A DNA stretch of 64,000 bases from an uncultured Pseudomonadota bacterium (GTDB taxonomy: Bacteria > Pseudomonadota > Gammaproteobacteria > Steroidobacterales > Steroidobacteraceae), in NCBI GenBank assembly GCA_963825385.1, contig CAWGSX010000003.1:1356088-1420087 (forward strand), in the 5' to 3' direction. The notes under the pieces are model-generated. The model was not told the origin of the DNA, ran no database searches, and was given only the letters and a program-made list of their open reading frames with translations. This document shows, one piece after another, positions 56,315 to 64,000 of this stretch; positions within the stretch are counted from its first letter, which is position 1, and every line of letters starts with the position of its first letter. The translations under genes and the position numbers were made by a program.

Positions 56315-56923
56315 CTAGTGGTCGTCCCAGGCTCCGAATTCCGGTGCGTCGTGCATGTGCTCGAAGAGGTCGGAGCGAGCGGAAGGCTTTTCGAGCGCGC
56401 ACGCGGGCAGCAAAAAAAGACCCATGAATACCAGCACACACTGATCAGACACATTGATCAGAAACCCACCGCTCTTCAGCGGCTCGAGCCGATGGGTGGC
56501 GGCATGATCCCAGTGAAACTCGTGGCCCTTCGCCTGCGGCACGAAGCTCAGGTCGAGGCGGGGCCGCAGCGCCTCGGCCTGGCGGGCATCTTTGAGCTCC
56601 CGCTCAACTTCGCTGGTTGCCGCGCCCTGCGCGGCACCTGATCAGTCGGTGTTCGGCTTCATGAGTGGGGGCGCGGGGATGACTTCCCCGTCCTGAGTGC
56701 GCGCGGCAGCACGATGTGCCGCCTGCCGTCCGCGGAAGGTGTTTTTCTCCATGCCGCGCGTCGCCGCGGATACGGGCCGCAGCCACATCCACAGAAGGGG
56801 CGGCTCGCTCTGGGTCGCGTGCGAGTGCGGGTGGCGTGTGAGGATGAGCAGCGGCAAGAGCACAGCACTGTGTGCCAGCACGACCAGTCCGGCTGATACG
56901 AGCCGCCGGGGCACCCAAGGCAT
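56315..56923 (-). pseudogene. Membrane-anchored hypothetical protein, reading frame interrupted by an in-frame TGA at 56642-56644
   Basis: ATG at 56923 gives MPWVPRRLVSAGLVVLAHSAVLLPLLIL... (TM anchor). After TGA the same frame stays open and coding-like (SGAAQGAATSEVERELKDARQAEALRPRLDLSFVPQAK...) down to 56315, with no ATG until far downstream. Confidence 0.35.
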
Positions 56924-57026
56924 CCGCGCCCGCGCCGTGCTGCCCAGGAACGGTCTCCCTTTACCTCTGCTCTGGTGGCCTTTTGGAGTCTCCCGGTGGA
57001 AGTAAAGTTCAGCCCGTGCGGGCGCT

Positions 57027-57446
57027 TCAGCCCTTTACCGCTGCCGCGATGAGCGCAGCCAGCGTGCCGCCGGTCTGCGGATTCAGCTGGTTCATGGGCC
57101 AGCTGATTCCGAGCCCCTCGCGGGTGTTGGGCTTGGGGATGATATGGAAGTGCACGTGAGGAATGGCCTGGTGGGCGCCGGTGCCGTTGTTCTCGAGCAC
57201 GTTGTACTCGCGCACGCCGGTCGCGCTCACCACGGCACGGCACAGGCGCGGCAGCACCCGACCGACCGCTGCCGCGGCCTCGTCGGAGAGCTGGTCGAGC
57301 CGCTCGGCGGCCTCCTTGGGCACGACGAGCGTATGCCCATGGCTTAAGGGGTTGATATCGAGGAAGGCAAGTACGTGGCTGTCCTCGTAGACCTTATGGC
57401 AGGGGATCTCTCCGCGGATGATCTTGCTGAACACGGTGTCCGCCAT
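57027..57446 (-). CDS. HIT family protein (histidine triad nucleotide-binding)
   Basis: FSKIIRGEIPCHKVYEDSHVLAFLDINP...GHTLVVPK...HVHFHIIP histidine triad. Confidence 0.9.
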   Translation of the reverse strand: MADTVFSKIIRGEIPCHKVYEDSHVLAFLDINPLSHGHTLVVPKEAAERLDQLSDEAAAAVGRVLPRLCRAVVSATGVREYNVLENNGTGAHQAIPHVHFHIIPKPNTREGLGISWPMNQLNPQTGGTLAALIAAAVKG

Positions 57447-57594
57447 GGCAGCGTTCCTCGCTTGTGGGCGCAGTGCGCCAATTGTGTCTCACTCCGTGCG
57501 CACCTTGGCACGTTTGTGGAAATGCCTTACCCCGGGGGTAAACTCTCAAGCTCGTTTACATACCTGAGCCTATCGCAGCTATTTGGGGAATCAC

Positions 57595-58704
57595 ATGAAG
57601 ACACGAGCCGCCTTAGCCCCTGGCGCCGGCAAGCCGCTGGAGATTGTGACCTTGGACCTGGACGGGCCGAAGGCCGGAGAGGTTTTGGTGGAGCTGAAGG
57701 CCACGGGGATCTGCCACACCGATGAGTTCACGCGCTCGGGAGCGGACCCGGAGGGGCTGTTTCCGGCGGTGCTGGGGCACGAGGGGGCGGGGATCGTGGT
57801 GGAGGTAGGTCCTGGGGTGACCTCGGTGAAGAAGGGCGATCACGTGATTCCGCTGTATACCCCGGAGTGCCGGCAGTGCAAGAGCTGCCTGTCGCGCAAG
57901 ACCAACTTGTGCACGGCGATCCGCGCGACCCAGGGCAAGGGGCTGATGCCGGATGGGACGAGCCGCTTTCACCTGGGCAAGGAGATGGTGCATCACTACA
58001 TGGGGTGCTCGACGTTCTCGAACTTCACGGTGCTGCCGGAGATTGCGGTGGCGAAGATCCGCGAGGACGCCCCGTTTGAGAAGGTGTGCTACATCGGGTG
58101 CGGGGTGACGACGGGGATCGGGGCGGTGATCAACACCGCCAAGGTGGAGCCGGGAGCGAACGTGGTGGTGTTCGGTCTTGGGGGGATTGGGCTGAACGTG
58201 ATTCAGGGGGCAAGGCTTGCCGGGGCGAACAAGATCGTGGGGGTGGACCTGAACCCCAACCGCAAGGCTCTGGCGGAGCAGTTTGGGATGACGCACTTTG
58301 TGAACCCGAAGGAGGTGGAGGGGGATCTGGTGGCGCACCTGGTGAACGTGACGGACGGGGGAGCGGACTACAGTTTTGAGTGTGTGGGGAATGTGAACCT
58401 GATGCGCCAGGCGCTGGAGTGCTGTCACCGCGGCTGGGGGGTATCGGTGATCATCGGGGTGGCCGGGGCGGGGCAGGAGATCAAGACGCGCCCGTTCCAG
58501 CTGGTGACGGGGCGGGTGTGGAAGGGGACGGCCTTTGGCGGGGCGCGCGGGCGCACGGATGTGCCGCAGATCGTGGACTGGTACATGGACAAGAAGATCG
58601 CGATCGATCCTCTGATCACGCACGTGATGCCGCTGGAGAAGATCAACGAGGGCTTTGACCTGATGCACAAGGGCGAGTCCATCCGCTCGGTCGTCACCTA
58701 CTGA
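57595..58704 (+). CDS. frmA: S-(hydroxymethyl)glutathione dehydrogenase / class III alcohol dehydrogenase
   Basis: [39 protein letters not shown] structural zinc site and GLGGIGL Rossmann motif. The whole protein has the typical class III ADH layout. ATG at 57595. Confidence 0.92.
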   Translation: MKTRAALAPGAGKPLEIVTLDLDGPKAGEVLVELKATGICHTDEFTRSGADPEGLFPAVLGHEGAGIVVEVGPGVTSVKKGDHVIPLYTPECRQCKSCLSRKTNLCTAIRATQGKGLMPDGTSRFHLGKEMVHHYMGCSTFSNFTVLPEIAVAKIREDAPFEKVCYIGCGVTTGIGAVINTAKVEPGANVVVFGLGGIGLNVIQGARLAGANKIVGVDLNPNRKALAEQFGMTHFVNPKEVEGDLVAHLVNVTDGGADYSFECVGNVNLMRQALECCHRGWGVSVIIGVAGAGQEIKTRPFQLVTGRVWKGTAFGGARGRTDVPQIVDWYMDKKIAIDPLITHVMPLEKINEGFDLMHKGESIRSVVTY

Positions 58705-58768
58705 AAGAGTGCCACACGGGCGCGCAGGCGCTGCGCAGCCCCATACGCGCCAAGCGAAGGAGAACACC

Positions 58769-59341
58769 ATGGCTATTTCCATTCACCCGGCCGTCGATGG
58801 CGGAGTCAAACCCGGCTCGGCCAGCTTTGCCGGCGGAACCCTGAGCTGTAAGTGCACCTCGGCTCCGGTGACGGTGACCCTGCAGGGCAACACGGCCTTC
58901 AACCACGTCTGTGGCTGCACCAAGTGCTGGAAGCCACAAGGGGCGCTGTTCTCGCAGGTCGCGGTCATCGGGCGTGACAAGCTGAGCGTCAGCGCCAACG
59001 GCCACAAGCTGAAGATCGTCGATGAGAAGGCCCCGATCCAGCGCTATGCCTGCAGCGGCTGCGGGGCCCACATGTACGGGCGCATCGAGAACAGGGCACA
59101 CCCCTTCTACGGCTTTGACTTCGTACACACGGAGCTGTCGAAGGACAGCGGCTGGTCCGCGCCGGAATTCGCCGCCTTCGTCTCCTCGATCATCGAATCG
59201 GGATTTCCGCCGGCGCGGATGGGCGAGGTGCGCGCACGCCTCAAGGAGCTCAAGCTCGAGCCCTATGACTGCCTCTCGCCGGCGCTGATGGATCTCATCG
59301 CCACGCACGCGGCGAAGGCCAAGGGCACGCTCGCCGCTTAG
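58769..59341 (+). CDS. gfa: S-(hydroxymethyl)glutathione synthase (glutathione-dependent formaldehyde-activating enzyme)
   Basis: [16 protein letters not shown]...CKC...[11 protein letters not shown]...[16 protein letters not shown] is the Gfa zinc-cysteine pattern. It lies immediately after frmA. Confidence 0.9.
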   Translation: MAISIHPAVDGGVKPGSASFAGGTLSCKCTSAPVTVTLQGNTAFNHVCGCTKCWKPQGALFSQVAVIGRDKLSVSANGHKLKIVDEKAPIQRYACSGCGAHMYGRIENRAHPFYGFDFVHTELSKDSGWSAPEFAAFVSSIIESGFPPARMGEVRARLKELKLEPYDCLSPALMDLIATHAAKAKGTLAA

Positions 59342-59417
59342 TGCGTCGGCGTGCCAAAGTTGCCGAGCCGGTAGCGCAGCGGCAGTGCGGTCCGCGCTGC
59401 CGTCGCGGTCAGGGCGC

Positions 59418-60503
59418 ATGAGCGCGGCGGTGTGCAGGGGCGCGTGGCGGGCGGCAGCAGTAACCGTGATTGCACTCAGCTGTGCCCGGGCCGGTGCCTA
59501 TCCGCCCCCTGCCGAGGGTGATTTCACCGCGCGGGATTTCCACTTCGCCGACGGCGCGGTGCTGCCCGAGCTGCGTATTCACTATCGCACCCTCGGCACA
59601 CCGCGCCGTGACGCGCGGGGCGTGACGCGCAACGCCGTGCTCATTGTGCACGGCACCGGCGGCGGCGGTGCACAGTTCCTGCAGCCGCAGTTTGCCGACG
59701 AGCTCTTTGGGCCCGGGCAGCTCCTCGATGCCACCCGCTACTTCATCGTGCTGCCGGATGCCATAGGGCACGGCCGCTCGAGCAAGCCAAGCGATGGCCT
59801 GCACGCGCGCTTTCCGCACTACGGTTACGGCGACATGGTGCAGGCTCAGTACCTGTTGCTCACGCAGGGACTGAAGGTCAATCACGCGCGCCTGGTGATG
59901 GGCACTTCCATGGGCGGGATGCACACCTGGCTCTGGGGCGAGCGCTACCCGGACTTCATGGATGCGCTGATGCCGCTTGCGAGCCTGCCGGTGCAGATCG
60001 CCGGCCGCAACCGCTTCTGGCGCCGCACCGCGAGCGATGCCATCCGTAACGATCCGGCGTGGCAGGGCGGGGAGTACCGCGTCCAGCCGCCCGCGCTGCG
60101 TACCGCAGTGGCGCTCATCTGGCTGGTCGGCAGCAATCCCGTGCTGCGCCAGGCTGAGGCTCCGACCCGCGCCGCGGCCGATGCGGCCTTTGCGGCGCTC
60201 AGCGCCGATGCGCCGAAGACCCACGACGCCAACGATGTGCTTTACCAGCTCGAGTCCAGCTCCGACTACGATCCGGCAGCTGCGCTCGGGGAGATCCGCG
60301 CGCCGCTCTACGCGGTGAACTCGGCCGACGATCTGGTCAACCCGCCCGAGCTCGGCATCCTCGAGCGCGAGATCCGCCGCGTGCCGCACGGCAAGGCGGT
60401 AGTCATCCCGTTCAGCGAGCGCACCCACGGGCACGGCTCGCACACCTGGGCGGTGCTGTGGAAATCCTATCTCGCGGAGTTGCTGGGTTCGCCCGAGCGC
60501 TGA
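59418..60503 (+). CDS. Secreted alpha/beta hydrolase (MetX/homoserine acetyltransferase-like fold)
   Basis: Signal-like N-terminus. NAVLIVHGTGGGG, nucleophile GTSMGGMH and a C-terminal HG. It is not an esterase D/FghA type sequence. Confidence 0.8.
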   Translation: MSAAVCRGAWRAAAVTVIALSCARAGAYPPPAEGDFTARDFHFADGAVLPELRIHYRTLGTPRRDARGVTRNAVLIVHGTGGGGAQFLQPQFADELFGPGQLLDATRYFIVLPDAIGHGRSSKPSDGLHARFPHYGYGDMVQAQYLLLTQGLKVNHARLVMGTSMGGMHTWLWGERYPDFMDALMPLASLPVQIAGRNRFWRRTASDAIRNDPAWQGGEYRVQPPALRTAVALIWLVGSNPVLRQAEAPTRAAADAAFAALSADAPKTHDANDVLYQLESSSDYDPAAALGEIRAPLYAVNSADDLVNPPELGILEREIRRVPHGKAVVIPFSERTHGHGSHTWAVLWKSYLAELLGSPER

Positions 60504-61687
60504 ACAGCGGTCGCCGCCGCGCGCAGGATCTGCGGGGTGAGGTCCTCAACGCCGTTGCAGCCGAGCTCGCCGAGCACGCGGTCGAACTCGCTGGTGAGTA
60601 TCTCCAGTGCGCGGCACACTCCGGCTTCCCCGCCGGCCGCGAGCCCGTAGAGCGTGGCGCGGCCGAGCATCACGGCATCAGCACCCAGGGCCAGGGCCTT
60701 GGCGATCTCTGTGCCGCGCCGGAAGCCGCTGTCCACGATGAGGGTAAGACGCGAGCCGACGGCACGGGCGATCTCGGTAAGCATCTCGATCGGTGCCACG
60801 CAGTAGTCGAGCTGGCGTCCGCCATGGTTACTGACGACGACGCCGTCGCAGCCGAGCGCCGCGGCCCGCTCGGCATCGCGTGGATCGAGTATGCCCTTCA
60901 CCAGGAGCTTGCCGCGCCACAGCTCGCGCATCCACGCCACATCCTCCCAGCTGATGCTGGCATCGAGCAGCTGCGGCAGCAGGGTGCTCCCGCCGATGGC
61001 GCCGGTCGCCTCCGGCGGCAGCGCGCCTTCGAGGTTGCAGAAGCGCGGCAGGCCGGGCAGGAGCACATGCCGTAGCCAGTGCGGATGGCGCAGCGCGTCG
61101 AGGGCGACGCGCACGGTCGGGCGCCCGGGAATGCGATAGCTGCGACGGTCCCACTCGCGGTGGCCGAACACGTTGGCGTCGGTGGTGAAGACCAGCGCCT
61201 CGCAGCCGGCGGCCGCGGCGCGCTCGATGAGTGCGCGCGCCACGCCGCGGTCCTTCATGACGTACAGCTGCAGCCATACGCGCCCGCCGGCGCTGCGCAC
61301 CACGTCCTCAAGCCGCGCGGTCGAGAAGGTGCTCAGCGTGAAGGGGATGCCATGCCGCGCCGCGGCGCGGGCGAGCGCAAGATCGCCCTGCGGGTAGAGC
61401 ACGCCGTTGAAACCGGTCGGCGCGATGAGCCACGGCACCGGCAAGGGCCGCCCGAAGAGGGCGGACGCGCTGCTGCGCGCGGTGGTGTCGATGAGGGTGC
61501 GGGGCAGGAACTGCCAGCGCTCGAAAGCGCTGCGGTTGCCGTACAGCGTGGCCTCATCCTCCGCGCCACCCTCGACGTACTCGAAGGCGAAGTGCGGTAC
61601 GCGCCGTCGGGCGATTTCCCGCAGGTGCGCGATGTTCAGTGCGCGCTCGAGGCGCGCATCGCGGAACGGCCGCCGCTGCCACGGCAT
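60467..61687 (-). CDS. FMN-dependent alpha-hydroxy acid dehydrogenase/oxidase (LldD/glycolate oxidase family)
   Basis: FAFEYVEGGAEDE, APTGF, WLQLYV, SNHGGRQLD and DSGFRRGTEIAKALALGA are hallmark motifs. Confidence 0.85.
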   Translation of the reverse strand: MPWQRRPFRDARLERALNIAHLREIARRRVPHFAFEYVEGGAEDEATLYGNRSAFERWQFLPRTLIDTTARSSASALFGRPLPVPWLIAPTGFNGVLYPQGDLALARAAARHGIPFTLSTFSTARLEDVVRSAGGRVWLQLYVMKDRGVARALIERAAAAGCEALVFTTDANVFGHREWDRRSYRIPGRPTVRVALDALRHPHWLRHVLLPGLPRFCNLEGALPPEATGAIGGSTLLPQLLDASISWEDVAWMRELWRGKLLVKGILDPRDAERAAALGCDGVVVSNHGGRQLDYCVAPIEMLTEIARAVGSRLTLIVDSGFRRGTEIAKALALGADAVMLGRATLYGLAAGGEAGVCRALEILTSEFDRVLGELGCNGVEDLTPQILRAAATAVQRSGEPSNSAR

Positions 61688-61706
61688 CGCTGCCGGATCC
61701 CCCTGA

Positions 61707-63602
61707 TCAGTCGGTGCTGGCGGGTTCTTGTAGCGCCAGGTTGAGCCGCGTCGCCACGAACTGGTTTGCGACGCTGTTATACGTACCGAATGCTGTCAGC
61801 CGGTACAGCTTCTGATTATCGCTGAACACCGGTTGCAGCGCCGTGGTAAAGGTCATGGGGTCGGAGTACACCGAAACGCCTGTGGTGAGCGCGGTGCTGC
61901 CGACGCTCAGGACACGATCGGTAGCGGTGGCGACGCTGGCGAAGGTAATGGTCGGGAACGAGGGTAAGGTCTTCAGGTCCAGCGCCTGCGGCCCGGTGTA
62001 GATGAAGTGCACCGTACCGATGTCGCTGTTGTGCTCGTCCACGACCAACTCGGTGGGATGTATCGTGGTGAAGGGTGCCGTCGTGCCACCGTTGCCCCAT
62101 TCGATAACCAGCTCCTGCTGCGTGGCCGCGCCCTTGGTGATTGCCGTGGCGTCGAAGGCCGGGGGCGCCGTGCCGAAGGGTGTCACCATTCCATCGACCG
62201 CGATCAGGGTGCCGTTGGCGATGCCGCTCGGATCGAGCGTTCCGGTGCTCACGGGGTAGGTCGTCTTCGGAACCTCGCTACCACCGGGGCCGATCCCGGC
62301 AAGGTCGAAGGCTCCCGGCGCGAAGCGACCCAGCGTGACCAGATCCATCGTGAGACTGTTAGGCGTGGTGGAGTTGACGACGCCCCAGGCACGGGTATTG
62401 ACCAGCCGCACCTGGCCCGCAGTCGCATCGAGTGTCACGGCCCCGCTGGTGGTATTGACCGAGGACACTCCGGCGACGTCTATCTCTTGGCCGACAGAGA
62501 CGGACTGCGGACCTAGCGTCGGATCCGCGACGCCGTCTTCGGTGACGATTGTCGAGGCGCCGATGGTGACCGTCGCCTTGTCGAGGAAGTAGGTGGTGGC
62601 CAGCGGATAGTTGACCGTGGTTACGTCGCCCTGGCCGAGCAGATAGTCCGCGCCGATCACAGTGAGCGTATTGCCCGATCGCGACTGCACCGTACCGCGG
62701 ATGTGATCGAGGATCGGATCCTCGAGCCCGGTGCCGGCGATGACGATCTTGGCGTCATACGCCGGGGTGATGCCGACCAGGCTCGAGAGCGTGCCGTAGG
62801 CGGCGATCGGGGTGTTGATTGGCAGCTGCTTCATCGCTGCAATGCCGGCCGCGCCGACGAAGGTCGCGCCGTTGATATTGAAGTACGTCTGCGGTGTGGT
62901 GTTTACCGTGAGCGCGCCGAGCGCGGAGACCAGGTCGTAGAACGGGCGCAGGTTCATGACGAAGCTGCTGGTGTCGGGCGTGTATACGAACAGGCCCCGC
63001 GCGCGCATCGGCGAGGAGTCCAGCCCGGCATTGCTCATGGTCACGTAGGGCTGAACGGTGACGGTCTCATCGGCGACGGATACAGTATTGAAGGCATCCA
63101 GATCCAGGTTGATGTGCGCGCGCACCGACTGGCCGAGGGTGATGACCAGCGGGTTCGCCGGGTCAAACGTCACGGTGACCGCGGCGGTTGAGACCCCAAC
63201 CTCCTGGTTGATCGAGGGAACAAGGGGCACCGAGCTGCCGTTGCTGTTGGCCCAGATCTCGGGGCTGGTGTAGTCCAGCGTGATCGTCGCCGAGGTATAG
63301 GTGCCGGAGGGAACCGCCGGCGCCTCGATGACCTCGGAGATGTCGGTGTAGCGCGTGAGGTCTACCGTTTCGGGGCTGACCAGCGGCACCGCGTACTCAC
63401 CATTCGGGCCCTGCAGCGTGATCGAGTCGATCGTGACGATGTAGCCGGCGAACTGCGTGTTGGTGCTTGAGAGCGTGATCACCGGGGTGCCCGGTGGCGG
63501 GATGTTGTCGCCGCCGCAGCTGCTCAGGAGCCCCGTCAGGGCCCAGACGATCAGGACCCACCCGCGCAGCAGGCGCGAGCACCCGGAAGCATCGACTCTC
63601 AT
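61707..63602 (-). CDS. Large lipoprotein with DUF4382-like N-terminal domain
   Basis: ATG at 63602. Lipobox LSSCGG. ITLQGPNGEYAVPL..PETVDLTRYTD...PSGTYTSATITLD is DUF4382-like. The rest is Thr/Val/Gly-rich beta sequence. Confidence 0.7.
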   Translation of the reverse strand: MRVDASGCSRLLRGWVLIVWALTGLLSSCGGDNIPPPGTPVITLSSTNTQFAGYIVTIDSITLQGPNGEYAVPLVSPETVDLTRYTDISEVIEAPAVPSGTYTSATITLDYTSPEIWANSNGSSVPLVPSINQEVGVSTAAVTVTFDPANPLVITLGQSVRAHINLDLDAFNTVSVADETVTVQPYVTMSNAGLDSSPMRARGLFVYTPDTSSFVMNLRPFYDLVSALGALTVNTTPQTYFNINGATFVGAAGIAAMKQLPINTPIAAYGTLSSLVGITPAYDAKIVIAGTGLEDPILDHIRGTVQSRSGNTLTVIGADYLLGQGDVTTVNYPLATTYFLDKATVTIGASTIVTEDGVADPTLGPQSVSVGQEIDVAGVSSVNTTSGAVTLDATAGQVRLVNTRAWGVVNSTTPNSLTMDLVTLGRFAPGAFDLAGIGPGGSEVPKTTYPVSTGTLDPSGIANGTLIAVDGMVTPFGTAPPAFDATAITKGAATQQELVIEWGNGGTTAPFTTIHPTELVVDEHNSDIGTVHFIYTGPQALDLKTLPSFPTITFASVATATDRVLSVGSTALTTGVSVYSDPMTFTTALQPVFSDNQKLYRLTAFGTYNSVANQFVATRLNLALQEPASTD

Positions 63603-63770
63603 GAACACAATCCCCTTAAAGTTCTTCAGCGCGGCGAGGCGCGAGCGTAAGCCGGTCTGTGGCCAGTTAGAGGCCGCCGCGGCCGGGACGTTCCCCCCGG
63701 GCAGACCGGAACTTGCAGCCCGCCCTTCCGCGGGCTGCAAACCGCCTAGTGTACCGGTTTTAAAAGCGAC

Positions 63771-64000
63771 TCAGTTGATCGTGACGGGAACTGAGCCGCT
63801 CGAGCTCGAGCGCAGGTCCACGAGCGTCGGGTACCACTGGCGCGAGATCGCGCCGGTCAGCGCGCTCTGCACCCGCACCGAGACGTAGTAGTAGGAAGCG
63901 GAGGTCTCCGCCGGGACCACCGCGGTGACGTTGCCGCCGGAGGCGAGTACGCCATCCAGAGAAGCGGTGGCCACGAGCTGGCCCTCGTGGGAGACGAGCA
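63771..64000 (-). CDS. Hypothetical protein, C-terminal fragment (5' end outside window)
   Basis: The frame is open to the window edge. The product is a beta-rich Ser/Thr/Val sequence ending ...SGSVPVTIN. Confidence 0.45.
   Translation of the reverse strand, partial: LVSHEGQLVATASLDGVLASGGNVTAVVPAETSASYYYVSVRVQSALTGAISRQWYPTLVDLRSSSSGSVPVTIN

Noticed and set aside
56642-56644. In-frame TGA as a selenocysteine codon
   Set aside because: I could not see a convincing stem-loop immediately downstream of the kind expected for a bacterial SECIS. There is no redox-type Cys/Sec context and no sel genes in the window. A nonsense mutation or sequencing error is simpler.
57613-58782. 389-aa minus-strand ORF over frmA
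   Set aside because: It is antisense to class III alcohol dehydrogenase. The product is His/Arg/Pro-rich.
59409-60443. 344-aa minus-strand ORF over the alpha/beta hydrolase
   Set aside because: Antisense shadow ORF.
1-64000. CRISPR arrays, rRNA genes, intact IS elements or prophage modules
   Set aside because: Reading through the window by eye, I saw no regularly spaced direct repeats, rRNA-like conserved stretches, intact transposase or integrase genes, or phage structural genes. The only mobile-element trace is the fragment at 55876-56109.

Overview
High-GC, strongly GC3-biased, densely coding chromosomal segment of a Gram-negative (proteobacterial-type) genome. All calls come from reading the sequence and the ORF track; no database search was run. 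About 60 genes can be supported. They include: a LysR regulator and c-type cytochrome; a cluster of small secreted proteins and lipoproteins; a complete taurine/sulfoacetaldehyde dissimilation operon (tpa-xsc-ackA-tauZ-like) with a MocR-type regulator and an APC permease next to it; zwf divergent from a frameshifted glycogen phosphorylase; a Cyc2-like fused monoheme cytochrome-porin followed by a diheme cytochrome c4; an Ada-AlkA fusion; a patch of accessory genes that looks lower in GC (UrcA, VIT, cytochrome P460, haloperoxidase-type hydrolase, FosX-like VOC); a 1004-aa TIR / winged-helix / NB-ARC / TPR protein; a czcCBA-type heavy-metal RND efflux operon; a cysteine synthase-glutaredoxin fusion; an initiator tRNA-fMet flanked by a decayed transposase fragment and an orphan immunity-like gene; and a glutathione-dependent formaldehyde module (frmA-gfa). 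No rRNA, CRISPR array or intact prophage/IS was seen. The best candidate for an undescribed system is the single-gene TIR-wHTH-STAND(NB-ARC)-TPR protein at 38778-41792. The Cyc2-like/c4 pair at 26782-28892 is second. Many long ORFs in the track are antisense shadow ORFs typical of high-GC DNA and were rejected.
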